Source: Candidatus Paceibacter sp. (lineage in GTDB: Bacteria; Patescibacteriota; Minisyncoccia; UBA6257; 02-FULL-45-10c). Taken from it: a stretch of 64,000 nt of DNA. Shown here one piece after another: positions 50,234 to 60,733 of this stretch (its first letter is position 1; each line of letters begins with the position of its first letter). The position numbers were made by a program, and so were the translations under genes. The stretch lies in NCBI GenBank assembly GCA_020724845.1, contig DYGE01000004.1, positions 29,751-93,750 of the forward strand, in the 5' to 3' direction. The notes under the pieces are model-generated. The model made no database searches and was not told the origin of the DNA. It saw only the letters and a list, made by a program, of their open reading frames with translations.

Positions 50234-52375
50234 ATGGATTTAAATACAGAACTTTCAGCTATCCAAGGCGTCGGAGAGAAATTTTCCGCCAAACTTCAAA
50301 AACTTAACATTAGAACAGTCCGCGACCTTCTTTGGCATTTCCCTTTTCGTTACGAAGATTATTCAAGAGTCCTGCCAATCGGCGAACTGGAAGTAGGCCA
50401 AACAGCCACTGTCCAAGGGCGCATCCACCAGCTGAATACTCGCAGAACTTGGAAAAAGAATCTGCTTATAACCGAGGCAATAATCGTAGATGATACTGGC
50501 GGCATCAAAGCGGTCTGGTTTAACCAGCCATACATTAATAATGTACTAAGGGAGGGCGGACAATATAATTTTGCCGGGAAGGTAACTGGGTCAAAACGAG
50601 AAGTCTATTTGGCCAGCCCGTCCTATGAACCGCTAAATAAACTAGGCAGGGGAGAAACAAAGCACACCGCCGGCCTAATTCCTATCTATCCAGAAACCAG
50701 GGGATTGACATCCAAGGGCCTTAGATACTTAGTTAAGCCGATTTTAAAAAGCGTCGGCGCCATTGAGGACTTTATCCCGCAAGAAATATTGAGAGAGAAT
50801 AAGCTCCCCGACTTAAGCGTTGCTCTGCGGCGCATCCATTTTCCGCTGAAGCTGGAAGACGCGGAGATCGCTAAAAAACGATTTGCATTTGAGGATTTAT
50901 TCTTGCTACAGCTGAATAACCTGAAATTAAAATCGCAATTGTCGCAGAAACAAGCCATTCCGCTAAAAATAGAGGAGCAGGAATTAGCTAATCTTATTGA
51001 GCAGCTGCCTTTTAAGCTCACTTCCTCGCAAAAAGAAAGTTTAGGCGAAATTATTTCAGATCTTCAAAATCCGCATCCAATGAACCGGCTCCTTCAGGGA
51101 GACGTAGGGTCTGGAAAAACAGTGATTGCCGCGGTTGCCGCGATCGTGGCCGCAAAAAACGGCCACCAAGCAGTATTTATGGCTCCGACCGAAGTCTTAG
51201 CCGGCCAACACTACAGGACCATCACTAATATTTTTGATGACTTCCAGGAAGGGATAGCTCTGCTGACCGCTAACAAGGCCGAAGTTTTCTACGGTCGAAA
51301 CTTAGGCGCTAAGACCTCCAAAGCCAAACTATTAAAAGAAGCAGCTGATGGGAAAATAAAGATTATTATCGGAACCCACGCGGTCATCCAAAAAGGCGTC
51401 AGTTTTAACCGACTGGCCTTAGCAATCGTGGACGAACAGCATCGCTTTGGAGTAGCCCAAAGGGCAATGCTGGCAACGGGCGAGAAAAAGGCGGCGCCAG
51501 ACTCGGATTTGTTGCCTCATTTCTTATCAATGTCCGCCACGCCGATACCAAGAACTCTTTCCTTAACGGTTTTCGGCGATCTTGATCTATCCACCATAAC
51601 GGAATTGCCAGCCGGGCGAAAAGAAATCATCACCAAAGTCGTTGATCCAAAAAACCGCGCCAAGGCCTACGACTTCATTCGAGAGCAGATACAAAAGGGC
51701 AGGCAAGCTTTCGTTATCTGCCCAAGGATAGAGCCGGGCGCCGTCAAAGAGGGAGAAATATTAAGCGAGGCCAAAAAGAAAGCCCTGGAACTGAAATCGG
51801 TGAAGGAAGAATTTGAAAAACTATCCAAAAAAATCTTCCCGGATCTTAGAGTAGTCATGCTCCACGGCAAGATGAAGGGGAAAGAAAAAGATCAAATTAT
51901 GAAAGAATTTCAGGATCACAAACACGATATCTTGATCTCCACTTCCGTGATTGAAGTCGGAGTAGATGTGCCAAATGCCACTATTATGATGATTGAGGGA
52001 TCGGATCGATTTGGGCTTGCGCAACTGTATCAGTTTCGCGGACGAGTCGGCAGAGGCGAACACCAATCCTTCTGCTTACTATTCACCGACTCCGATTCCG
52101 CCAACGCGCAAAAAAGATTGAATTTTCTGGTAAAAGCAAAAAATGGTTTTGAGTTGGCGGAAAAAGACCTTCAGTTGAGGGGCCCAGGCCAGTTCCTGGG
52201 AGAAAGCCAGGCGGGATTGCCAGACGTAGCCATGGACGCCCTTAAAGATATCCAATTAGTAAAGGCGACCAGGGATGCCGCCAAAAAAATACTTTCTGAC
52301 GATCCGGAATTCAGTGCGTACCCTTTATTAAAAAAACGCTTTCAAGAATTTCAGAAAGAAATTCACTTGGAATAA
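50234..52375 (+). CDS. recG: ATP-dependent DNA helicase RecG
   Basis: Wedge-domain N-terminus; helicase motifs GDVGSGKT, DEQHRFG, TATPIPRT; C-terminal RecG tail. Confidence 0.9.
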   Translation: MDLNTELSAIQGVGEKFSAKLQKLNIRTVRDLLWHFPFRYEDYSRVLPIGELEVGQTATVQGRIHQLNTRRTWKKNLLITEAIIVDDTGGIKAVWFNQPYINNVLREGGQYNFAGKVTGSKREVYLASPSYEPLNKLGRGETKHTAGLIPIYPETRGLTSKGLRYLVKPILKSVGAIEDFIPQEILRENKLPDLSVALRRIHFPLKLEDAEIAKKRFAFEDLFLLQLNNLKLKSQLSQKQAIPLKIEEQELANLIEQLPFKLTSSQKESLGEIISDLQNPHPMNRLLQGDVGSGKTVIAAVAAIVAAKNGHQAVFMAPTEVLAGQHYRTITNIFDDFQEGIALLTANKAEVFYGRNLGAKTSKAKLLKEAADGKIKIIIGTHAVIQKGVSFNRLALAIVDEQHRFGVAQRAMLATGEKKAAPDSDLLPHFLSMSATPIPRTLSLTVFGDLDLSTITELPAGRKEIITKVVDPKNRAKAYDFIREQIQKGRQAFVICPRIEPGAVKEGEILSEAKKKALELKSVKEEFEKLSKKIFPDLRVVMLHGKMKGKEKDQIMKEFQDHKHDILISTSVIEVGVDVPNATIMMIEGSDRFGLAQLYQFRGRVGRGEHQSFCLLFTDSDSANAQKRLNFLVKAKNGFELAEKDLQLRGPGQFLGESQAGLPDVAMDALKDIQLVKATRDAAKKILSDDPEFSAYPLLKKRFQEFQKEIHLE

Positions 52376-52405
52376 CAAAGAGCCTCTTAGCGAGGCTCTT
52401 GCAAC

Positions 52406-52714
52406 TTAAACAGGAGGATCGAAGATGTCATATTTCGGCGGCACAATCAACTTCATAACAAGCCGCGGATCATCGGAACCCATCTCTTTGGCGATAGCGC
52501 CCAAAGACGCCTTCACCCTTGTCAACGGATTACCCGGCTCTGATTCGTTATAATAACGAAAGAATCTGACCGTTACTTCCGGGCCATAGACCACTCCATT
52601 ATCCGGAGTAAGATCTCGCGGCTTCAAATTACAGGCAACGCTTTCCACCCCCGGCAGCAAGGCCACTCTGGACATAACCAACTCTTGCAACGCCGCGAAC
52701 TTCTCTTCGGACAT
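52406..52714 (-). CDS. hypothetical protein
   Basis: 102 aa; no recognised motif. Confidence 0.35.
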   Translation of the reverse strand: MSEEKFAALQELVMSRVALLPGVESVACNLKPRDLTPDNGVVYGPEVTVRFFRYYNESEPGNPLTRVKASLGAIAKEMGSDDPRLVMKLIVPPKYDIFDPPV

Positions 52715-52783
52715 GCATCCTCCTTATAGGTGCGCTAGGAAATAATATAAAGCATTGCTTTAATATTGTCAAAAAAATTCCAG

Positions 52784-54253
52784 CTAACGCCCCTTAGGCG
52801 TTATCCAGAATCCCAACCTGAATTTCCCGCCAATCATCAATCGAGTCTGCGATTCCAGAGCCGGAAGAGAGCCGAACAATATCAAAGTTATCGGGAGTAA
52901 AGCCCACTGTACGATATATAATAAATAATGCCGCCACCTTAAGCCCTCCGGCTTTGGCGGAAGAAGCATAACGCTAAGGATGGCAGAGCTGGCAATGCCC
53001 ACGGTCGCGAAAAGCAGAATATATCTGGTAATTGTCGGCAGATTATACGACAAAACAGTTTGGCTGAAACCTTCCTTTCCTATCAACAACGGAAGCCAGC
53101 CAAGGGCAAAAATAAGAATGGAATTCGTGGCCCAAGAATGAAAACCCTCAATCGCGTTAAAGGACCAATAAATTTTGGATTTTAGGGGAATCAACTTATT
53201 TTTCAAAAAACCCTCTATCATATATGGAATATTTTCCACACCCCACCCCCAGCGCCGCTGCTGCTTATAAATATTGATCATGGTCCGCCAAAAAGTCGGA
53301 GCGACATTGGCGTCCATAGACACTGGATAAAACAGCGGCACCGCCCGCCAATCTCCGTTGTAATGAAGATAGCATTGCCAGAAAATCCTAGAATCTTCTG
53401 AAACAATATCTTTCTGCCAATAGCCTATTTCTACCAAGGCTCTGAAAGGCATGGCATGGGAAGAAAAGGTAGTCAGTCTTTCCGGCCTGGATTGCTGCAT
53501 CATCTGCCAAAAAGTAGCGGAAAAAGAGATAATTCTTGCTAGGGCTGGCGCCTGATAAATATTGTTCGTGAAAAGAGGGATCGGCTGATAGCTGGAGCGC
53601 TGCGGCTCGTCAGTGGTAAGAAAATGATAAGTCAGGCAACCAAAATACTCTTGATATATTTGAGTGTCAACATCAAAGACAGAGACGACAATTTTTTCAT
53701 AAGGGATGTGAAGCTTATCAATTATTTCTTCTTTGGCGCGCTTAGCGGCCCATGCTTCGTTTGACCCCTTGCCGGGAATCTCTCCGGACAGGCCATCCGG
53801 ATGCCTGGTTACAAGAAAGTTTGGGAATTCCAAGGAAAACTCCTTAGAGATTCTTTCCGCAACCTCCTTCGCGCCAGGCCCAGCCCTCTCTTCAGTGGCC
53901 AAGACTACCAACAATTTTTCCTTTGGGTAATTGGTATTTTTTAAACTTTCAAAGGTTTCCCTCACTACTTCGTATGGCTCGGTGGCCATAGGCAGAATTA
54001 TCAAATGATAAATTGATTGCCAGTCAGCTAAAATCTCTAGCCTTTCCCTCCATGGAACTTTGATGTTGTCTTTCATTTTCTTGAAAGCCACCCTTAAGTG
54101 CAACGAGAAATAGATTGATTTCAACAGCCAATAAATATCAAAAAGGATAATGAAAATAGCTATCCAAACCGGCCTTTGCCAGGACAAAAACACGACCAGA
54201 ATCAAGGTCGTCCAAGAAAGAAATCCTGGAATTATTTCTAAAGCGCGCTGCAT
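52784..54253 (-). CDS. processive family-2 glycosyltransferase (cellulose/chitin-synthase-like), membrane-integrated
   Basis: GT2 D…DxD region and QQRRW motif; N- and C-terminal TM helices. Confidence 0.75.
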   Translation of the reverse strand: MQRALEIIPGFLSWTTLILVVFLSWQRPVWIAIFIILFDIYWLLKSIYFSLHLRVAFKKMKDNIKVPWRERLEILADWQSIYHLIILPMATEPYEVVRETFESLKNTNYPKEKLLVVLATEERAGPGAKEVAERISKEFSLEFPNFLVTRHPDGLSGEIPGKGSNEAWAAKRAKEEIIDKLHIPYEKIVVSVFDVDTQIYQEYFGCLTYHFLTTDEPQRSSYQPIPLFTNNIYQAPALARIISFSATFWQMMQQSRPERLTTFSSHAMPFRALVEIGYWQKDIVSEDSRIFWQCYLHYNGDWRAVPLFYPVSMDANVAPTFWRTMINIYKQQRRWGWGVENIPYMIEGFLKNKLIPLKSKIYWSFNAIEGFHSWATNSILIFALGWLPLLIGKEGFSQTVLSYNLPTITRYILLFATVGIASSAILSVMLLPPKPEGLRWRHYLLYIVQWALLPITLILFGSLPALESQTRLMIGGKFRLGFWITPKGR

Positions 54254-54328
54254 TGCTTAAGTAATATTGTAATTCAAAAGCTACCCGCAGGGTAGCTTTC
54301 AGGTCATTTGCTAAATTTAATATCTACA

Positions 54329-54727
54329 TTAAAACAGAAACGCGAACTGTCCACCTCCCATTGTGGCCAAAATGAGCCCGGAGACGAAAAGCAGCAGATC
54401 CAGTTCATAATCTCCTAGTAATTTCTGGCCATTGATTTTCTTCCAGCAGATAATCACGAACATTTCGGCCGAAAGCAGCAAGCCGGCGATTTGCGTGCCA
54501 AATCCCAGAAGAAAAAGCAGGGCGCCAATAGTTTCAAAAAAGGCGGCATAAGATCCCCAAAACCAGCCAGGACGAAATCCCATATTATTAAAGCTCTCCG
54601 CATTGGCGCTCAAATTTCTCAATTTTGGCCAACCATGGACCCATAAGATTGCCGCCACGACAAGCCGTAAAGCAAGCAAGGCCCAATTTTGGAAAGCAAG
54701 AAGTGGTAAAATCATATGTTCAATCAT
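54329..54727 (-). CDS. DoxX-family membrane protein
   Basis: 4-TM, DoxX-like N-terminal pattern. Confidence 0.55.
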   Translation of the reverse strand: MIEHMILPLLAFQNWALLALRLVVAAILWVHGWPKLRNLSANAESFNNMGFRPGWFWGSYAAFFETIGALLFLLGFGTQIAGLLLSAEMFVIICWKKINGQKLLGDYELDLLLFVSGLILATMGGGQFAFLF

Positions 54728-54785
54728 AACATATTTTAATCGTAATCTGAAAGGATTGAAAAATTGTTATCTGTGATATAATATA

Positions 54786-54860
54786 TAAATCGATTGCTCT
54801 CATCGTCTAGCCTGGTCTAGGACGCCTCCCTTTCACGGAGGAAACTCGGGTTCAAATCCC
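54786..54860 (+). tRNA. tRNA-Glu (anticodon TTC)
   Basis: Manual cloverleaf: acceptor GCTCTCA/TGAGAGC, anticodon loop CTTTCAC, T-loop TTCAAAT. Confidence 0.85.
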
Positions 54861-55005
54861 GATGAGAGCACCGAATGGGAACTGGAACTAAAAACATACT
54901 TAGCGTAGAAACTTCCTGCGATCCCGCACTAAAAAGAGCATTGCTCAACGGCCTAACCGGCCTAGAGATAAATAATGCTCTTTTAGTGACGGAACAAGTG
55001 AAACT

Positions 55006-56139
55006 GTGATTATGAAAATCTTGGCAATAGAAACGTCTTGTGATGAAACATCGATAGCGATCGTAAAATCCAGCGGCACGTTAAGGGCGCCGAAATTTGA
55101 AGTGCTGGAAAATGTTGTTTCTTCGCAGATTGCCATACATCGGCCTTTCGGGGGCGTGGTGCCGAATCTTGCCAAAAGAGAACACATCAAAAATTTGCCA
55201 AAAATTTTAAAAGGAATAATGAATAATGAATTAAGAATTAAGCGTAAGGGCAAAAAATCCATAATTCATAATTCTAAATTCATAATTCCAAAAATAGATT
55301 ATATCGCTGTGACAGTAGGCCCCGGGCTGGAACCGGCGCTTTGGACTGGAATTAATTTTGCAGAAGAGCTGGCGGAAAAATGGAAAAAGCCGCTTTTGGG
55401 CGCTAATCATATGGAAGGACATCTCTACTCGAATTGGCTTCCGCAGCGTTCAGCGTTCAGCGTTCAGCGTAAAGGGGAAAATACAAAAACCCTAAACGCT
55501 AACCGCTATACGCTAAACCCTAAAATATCGTTTCCCGCCATTGCCCTGATCGTCAGTGGAGGACATACAATACTGCTTCATATGACTGCGGTCAATAAAT
55601 GGACGAAACTCGGCGAAACAGTTGATGATGCGGCTGGCGAAGCGTTTGATAAAGTCGCGCGCATGCTTGACTTGCCTTATCCCGGAGGCCCGGAGATTCA
55701 GAAGCTTGCCGCCAAAGGCGATCCTAACACCATCAAATTCCCCCGCCCGATGCTTAATAAAAAGAATTTCGATTTTAGTTTTTCCGGACTAAAAACCTCT
55801 GTTCTTTACTATTTGCGCGACAATCCTAAAGCAAATAAAGCGGATGTGGCCGCGAGTTTCCAGCAGGCAGTAATTGACGTACTTGTCAAAAAAACTATCC
55901 GCGCAGCGGAAGAATTTGGAGCAAAAACAGTTTTGCTTTGCGGAGGCGTGTCCGCGAATAAACCACTACAGAGCACATTGCGACAATTAGCCAACGATAA
56001 AAACCTGAAATTTAACGTTCCGGAATTCCAATTCAATACCGACAACGCCGCCATGATTGCCGCCGCGGCATATATCAATTTGCTGCAAAAAAACGAAAAA
56101 CCGCTCCCAATAGAAGCGGATTCGAATTTGAATCTTTAA
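55006..56139 (+). CDS. tsaD: tRNA N6-adenosine threonylcarbamoyltransferase TsaD (Kae1/YgjD) with ~35-aa low-complexity insertion
   Basis: MKILAIETSCDETSIAIV…, HMEGH metal motif, GPG…, LCGGVSAN; insertion encoded by (CAGCGTT) repeats and a CGCTAA-rich segment. Confidence 0.9.
   Translation: MIMKILAIETSCDETSIAIVKSSGTLRAPKFEVLENVVSSQIAIHRPFGGVVPNLAKREHIKNLPKILKGIMNNELRIKRKGKKSIIHNSKFIIPKIDYIAVTVGPGLEPALWTGINFAEELAEKWKKPLLGANHMEGHLYSNWLPQRSAFSVQRKGENTKTLNANRYTLNPKISFPAIALIVSGGHTILLHMTAVNKWTKLGETVDDAAGEAFDKVARMLDLPYPGGPEIQKLAAKGDPNTIKFPRPMLNKKNFDFSFSGLKTSVLYYLRDNPKANKADVAASFQQAVIDVLVKKTIRAAEEFGAKTVLLCGGVSANKPLQSTLRQLANDKNLKFNVPEFQFNTDNAAMIAAAAYINLLQKNEKPLPIEADSNLNL
55444..55470. repeat. heptanucleotide tandem repeat (CAGCGTT)x~3.9 inside tsaD
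   Basis: Direct read; in-frame insertion encoding QRSAFSVQR. Confidence 0.9.
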
Positions 56140-56152
56140 ACTCCAACAATAA

Positions 56153-56752
56153 TTACATGCGGCGCGGGGATTTTATCTTGCCAGCTATTTCCATAGCTGC
56201 AAGGGCCTCCTCCCCCACCAACTCGGCAGTCAAATCCTTTCCCGATTCTAATGCCTTAGTTAAAAGATTATCCAAGCAGACTAAGAAAATATCCGATTTT
56301 ATAGCTGACATCCTTTTTGCGTATTCAACCGGCTCGTGAGTTAATAGAGAACCGCCCGCGGCTTTAACCAGCTCCTTTTCGTGTTCTAAAGATTTAAAAT
56401 CTCCATGAAGCAGCTCGGAATAATACTCTGCCCTCTTTTTATATTTATCGGCGTTATAGAGATACCTATCGATTCTAAACCCAAACTCTTCGGAGCCTTC
56501 CGGCAAGCGGCCTTTTGGCCACCCCGTTTCGGCCAAATCAATTCCATGTTCAGCGGCTAATTTTTGAGCTCTTTCTCTGTACTGCAGAGAAAGATCATAA
56601 AAGCTTTTAACGCTATCAGCAATTTCCTTAGCGGTTTCCGGATCGCCAACAAGCTCGGCGGTCAGAATAGCGTCAAGCCTTTCATTAAGCTCGATAATTT
56701 CTTTTGACTGACCGACTTGGGTATTCTGAAATTTTTCTTCTTTCATAATCAA
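56153..56752 (-). CDS. hypothetical protein
   Basis: 199 aa; no recognised motif. Confidence 0.4.
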   Translation of the reverse strand: MIMKEEKFQNTQVGQSKEIIELNERLDAILTAELVGDPETAKEIADSVKSFYDLSLQYRERAQKLAAEHGIDLAETGWPKGRLPEGSEEFGFRIDRYLYNADKYKKRAEYYSELLHGDFKSLEHEKELVKAAGGSLLTHEPVEYAKRMSAIKSDIFLVCLDNLLTKALESGKDLTAELVGEEALAAMEIAGKIKSPRRM

Positions 56753-56758
56753 TTATTA

Positions 56759-57697
56759 TTAGCTCAATTCTCTATTTTTACTTTCATAGACACCGGCTTT
56801 GATTTCTTCTATCCTGTCCTCTGGGATTTTATATTCATCAATTTGATGCCTGTATACTGCATTAAAGACCTCTTTTAAATTTTCCACATCCTCGTCCTCT
56901 TCTGACCCTTCAGTGACCCGGTCAATAGTAAACCGGCATTTAGCAAATTTCTGGGCCAATTTCTCAAGCGCCTCTTCGCGCTTTTCCGGACTGTCCAGCT
57001 TGGCGGTCAAATATTCTATATCGGACAAATCATCAATCCTGTCTAGTTCTTCAGCTAAAACAATAGCTCGCTTTCTGCCTTCCGGCACCCCTTCCGCGGC
57101 GCGCAGCTGGCGGACAAACTTTACTAAATCCATATCCCGGTCTTCGCTCTCGTCCCTTTTTTCTGTCATAACTAGCGCAAACTTTGAAAAATCCGCGCCA
57201 ATTTTCTCATCTAGGAGTCGAAGATCTTCCAGAGTGGCGTCGGTATCTTCCATTGTGTCGTGCAGCAACACAGTTGCGTGGACATCTAAATCTTCAATGC
57301 CAAGCGACTTCGCTTTCTTGTAAAGCTCCAGAGAATGTGTAGCTAACAGGCTTCCATCCTTGCGAAGGGGAGCCTTCCTGAAGGCTTCCAGCGCAAATAA
57401 TAAAACGCCCCTCAGCTTTTCTTGTCCAGGAGCAACTTCAAACATGGCCTCCAACTCGCTCACCATCTCCGCAGACGGCTCTTTGCCTGCCTGGACGGAT
57501 TCATAAAAATCTTTGCAAAAATCATTGAGCTTCTTTTTCCTTTCAGCCCGATCTTTTAATAGCGCCTTGGCCGAAGAAGGCATTTTCTCATTACGAGTCA
57601 AAAGGCCGCGGGCTTTTTCAATGCCCTTTTCAAGCTTTTCTCCGAAAGATTCTGGTTTTCTTTCTGGTCCTCTTGGCATAAATTTACGCAAATTCAC
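56759..57697 (-). CDS. HD-domain phosphohydrolase (RelA/SpoT-hydrolase-like)
   Basis: …HATVLLHDTMEDTDATLEDL… resembles the SpoT/Mesh1 HD motif; long N-terminal extension. Confidence 0.5.
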   Translation of the reverse strand: MNLRKFMPRGPERKPESFGEKLEKGIEKARGLLTRNEKMPSSAKALLKDRAERKKKLNDFCKDFYESVQAGKEPSAEMVSELEAMFEVAPGQEKLRGVLLFALEAFRKAPLRKDGSLLATHSLELYKKAKSLGIEDLDVHATVLLHDTMEDTDATLEDLRLLDEKIGADFSKFALVMTEKRDESEDRDMDLVKFVRQLRAAEGVPEGRKRAIVLAEELDRIDDLSDIEYLTAKLDSPEKREEALEKLAQKFAKCRFTIDRVTEGSEEDEDVENLKEVFNAVYRHQIDEYKIPEDRIEEIKAGVYESKNRELS

Positions 57698-57854
57698 CTA
57701 CTCATTATTACTATAAGCGCGCTAATAACACCTTGTCAATTTTAAGAAATGATAAGCCGCCCTCAATGGAAATGAATTCCAATTTGGACATATAAGCATT
57801 TTCAATTACTGTTATTTATTGTTAAAGGGCTAAAAATCTAATAAGATTAGAATT

Positions 57855-60074
57855 ATGCAAAAGGAACTTGGAAAGTCATACGACCCAAAACAGGTTGAGG
57901 ATAAAATCTACCAAATATGGGAAGACTCCGGATACTTCAATCCGGATAATTTGCCAGCTAGGCACAAAAAACCATTTACGATTATCATGCCTCCGCCGAA
58001 TGCGAATGGCTCGCTCCATATCGGCCATGCGCTCTTTGTGACATTGGAAGACATCATGATCCGCTACCAACGGATGCAAGGCAGAAAAGCGCTCTGGCTT
58101 CCCGGCGCAGACCACGCCGGCTTTGAAACGCAAGTGGTATACAACAAAAAGCTGGAAAAAGAAGGCAGATCCTTCTGGGAAATTCCGCGCGAACAGCTTT
58201 ATGAAGAAATCAAGAAATTCACCCTGGACAACAAGCAATATATGGAAGGCCAGCTGCGGAAGCTCGGCGCAAGCTGCGACTGGTCGCGCGAAAAGTTCAC
58301 TTTAGATGAAGATATTAAAAAGGTTGTCTATGAAACCTTCAAAATGCTCTACGACGACGGCTTGGTGTATCGCGCCGAACGGCCGGTAAGCTGGTGCACG
58401 AAGCATCAGACCACCCTTTCCGACCTGGAAATTAAGCATGAAGAAAGGCAAGACAAGCTCTACTACGTAAATTATCAATTAGAAGCTTCAGGCGAAAACA
58501 TTGAGGTTGCAACTACTCGGCCGGAAACTATACCGGCGGATATCGCGATTGCTGTCCACTCAAAATCAAAATGGAGAAAATATATCGGCAAGAATGTAAT
58601 TAATCCGATCAACGGACAGAAATTGCCGGTGATTGCCGACGAGAATGTTGATCCGGAATTCGGAACCGGCGCCTTGAAAATTACCCCGCACCACGATCCT
58701 TTGGACTTTAAAATTTACAATGACCACAAAGGAGAAATCCCCGGAAAGCCGATTTCGGTTATTAATCAATACGGAAAACTGACCGAAGCGGCCGGAAAAG
58801 ATTTGGCAGGATTCAAAGTGAAAGACGCGCGAGTCAAAGCGGCGGAAATTTTGAGCGCCAGCTTTTCCAAGGAACCTGAAGATTACACTCACCAAGTTTC
58901 TGTCTGCTACAAATGCGGAACTACCATTGAACCGCGGGTGATGATGCAGTGGTTCGTGAAGATGACGGAGAAGTCAATTAACAGAGAAACAGAGAAACAG
59001 AGAAACAGAGAAACGTCATTGCGGGATTTGGCAGTGGACGCGGTGAAAAGCAAAAAAATAAAATTTATTCCGCATAGATTTGAAAAGATTTTTATGCACT
59101 GGATGAAAAATCTATATGACTGGAATATTTCCCGGCAGATCGTCTGGGGCATCAGAATCCCCGCCTGGTATCATGAGCCGAAATGCATACCGAAAGTTGG
59201 ACACGAGGGCGATGTCGTGAAATGCAAAGAGATGGTGATTTCGGAAACCGAGCCGAAGTGCGAGTTCTGCAACGCCAAATTCGTCCAGGAAACCGACGTG
59301 TTTGACACCTGGTTTTCTTCCGGGCAATGGCCCTTTGCGACATTGATGACGACTAAAAAAGGAGATTTTGAAAAATACTATCCTACGGACGTAATGGCAA
59401 CAGCTTATGACATTCTTTTCTTCTGGGTGACCCGCATGATAATGTTTGGTACTTACCGCACAAAGAAAGCTCCGTTTCATACTGTGTATCTTCATGGATT
59501 AGTGCGAGACAAAGACAGGCAGAAAATGTCCAAATCCAAAGGGAATGTAATCAATCCGCTGGAGGTGGCCGACGTCTATGGGACTGACGCAGTCCGCATG
59601 GCCTTGGTAATCGGCACAACTGCCGGCAACGACCCGATTATTTCCGAGGACAAAATCCGAGGATATAGGAATTTCGCCACGAAAATCTGGAATGCCTCCC
59701 GGTTCGTTTTGATGAATTATCGCGAATTAAAAGCCAAGCCGAAATTCACTTCTGCCGACAAAAAAAATCTGAAAGATCTGCAGACAGCAAAAAAGAAAAT
59801 AACCGCCTATATGGATAAATACGATTTCAACCACGCGGCGGAAACCGCCTATCATTACTTCTGGCACACTTTTGCCGACAAAGTCATAGAAAGCTCTAAA
59901 GATCGCCTGCGCTCGGAAAATGAGGCTGATACGGCAGCGGCCCAATCAGTGCTTTTGGAGATTCTCGGAGAATCAATGAAGTTCTTGCATCCATTCATGC
60001 CGTTCATAACAGAGGAGATTTACCAAAACCTGCCTAACAAGAGGAAAAGTCTTATAATGATAGCGAAATGGTAA
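57855..60074 (+). CDS. valS: valyl-tRNA synthetase (short form)
   Basis: HIGH-class motif PPPNANGSLHIGHA, KMSKSKGN, editing domain; contains an octamer-repeat-encoded insertion. Confidence 0.9.
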   Translation: MQKELGKSYDPKQVEDKIYQIWEDSGYFNPDNLPARHKKPFTIIMPPPNANGSLHIGHALFVTLEDIMIRYQRMQGRKALWLPGADHAGFETQVVYNKKLEKEGRSFWEIPREQLYEEIKKFTLDNKQYMEGQLRKLGASCDWSREKFTLDEDIKKVVYETFKMLYDDGLVYRAERPVSWCTKHQTTLSDLEIKHEERQDKLYYVNYQLEASGENIEVATTRPETIPADIAIAVHSKSKWRKYIGKNVINPINGQKLPVIADENVDPEFGTGALKITPHHDPLDFKIYNDHKGEIPGKPISVINQYGKLTEAAGKDLAGFKVKDARVKAAEILSASFSKEPEDYTHQVSVCYKCGTTIEPRVMMQWFVKMTEKSINRETEKQRNRETSLRDLAVDAVKSKKIKFIPHRFEKIFMHWMKNLYDWNISRQIVWGIRIPAWYHEPKCIPKVGHEGDVVKCKEMVISETEPKCEFCNAKFVQETDVFDTWFSSGQWPFATLMTTKKGDFEKYYPTDVMATAYDILFFWVTRMIMFGTYRTKKAPFHTVYLHGLVRDKDRQKMSKSKGNVINPLEVADVYGTDAVRMALVIGTTAGNDPIISEDKIRGYRNFATKIWNASRFVLMNYRELKAKPKFTSADKKNLKDLQTAKKKITAYMDKYDFNHAAETAYHYFWHTFADKVIESSKDRLRSENEADTAAAQSVLLEILGESMKFLHPFMPFITEEIYQNLPNKRKSLIMIAKW
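58981..59012. repeat. octanucleotide tandem repeat (ACAGAGAA)x4 inside valS
   Basis: Direct read; encodes NRETEKQRNRET in frame. Confidence 0.9.
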
Positions 60075-60727
60075 CTGATTATCTGCCAATCGTACTTGGA
60101 CTGCTTCCTGGGTTCGCCTGGCTAATTTTCTATTTAGAAGAAGATCCGCACCCGGAACCAAAGAAGTTGATATTTGAGACTTTCCTGGCCGGAGCCGCAA
60201 GCACCTTCATAGTCCTCGCGCTTCAAACGGCTTTTAATGATTGGGGATCTCTCAGGGGAATTATCCGATACAGCTTCCTGTCTTTTCTGGTTCTGTCAGC
60301 CATTGAAGAGATTTTCAAATTCGCCGCTGCCCGCTTAGTAATAGGAGAGCATCCCAAGGAATTTGATGAGCCGGTTGATGCCATGATCTATCTGATTATA
60401 GCCTCATTGGGGTTCGCGACCATTGAAAATGTTGCTGCTGCCTTCAATGCTCAATCAGCCGCTCTGGAAACTACCACCCTGCGGTTCATCGGAGCCACCC
60501 TCCTTCACACGCTAAGTTCCGGGCTTCTGGGATACTATTGGGCGCAATCTTTAATAAAACAAAATTCCAGGATGTTATTAATGGGATTCGTTCTTGCCAC
60601 CCTGTTGCACACAATTTTTAACTATCTTATAATTAGATTTGAACCTGTAGTTATTCCAACCACCTTCCTCATCGTATTTGCTCTGTTCGTGCTATACGAT
60701 TTTGAAAGGCTAAAACAATTAAAATAA
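60068..60727 (+). CDS. PrsW-like intramembrane protease family membrane protein
   Basis: Multi-TM protein with an EE…FK motif region (…SAIEEIFKFAAARL…) resembling PrsW. Confidence 0.45.
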   Translation: MVTDYLPIVLGLLPGFAWLIFYLEEDPHPEPKKLIFETFLAGAASTFIVLALQTAFNDWGSLRGIIRYSFLSFLVLSAIEEIFKFAAARLVIGEHPKEFDEPVDAMIYLIIASLGFATIENVAAAFNAQSAALETTTLRFIGATLLHTLSSGLLGYYWAQSLIKQNSRMLLMGFVLATLLHTIFNYLIIRFEPVVIPTTFLIVFALFVLYDFERLKQLK

Positions 60728-60733
60728 AAAAAT

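Noticed and set aside
54945-55262. 105-aa minus-strand ORF overlapping the tsaD start
   Set aside because: It is antisense to the well-supported tsaD N-terminus.
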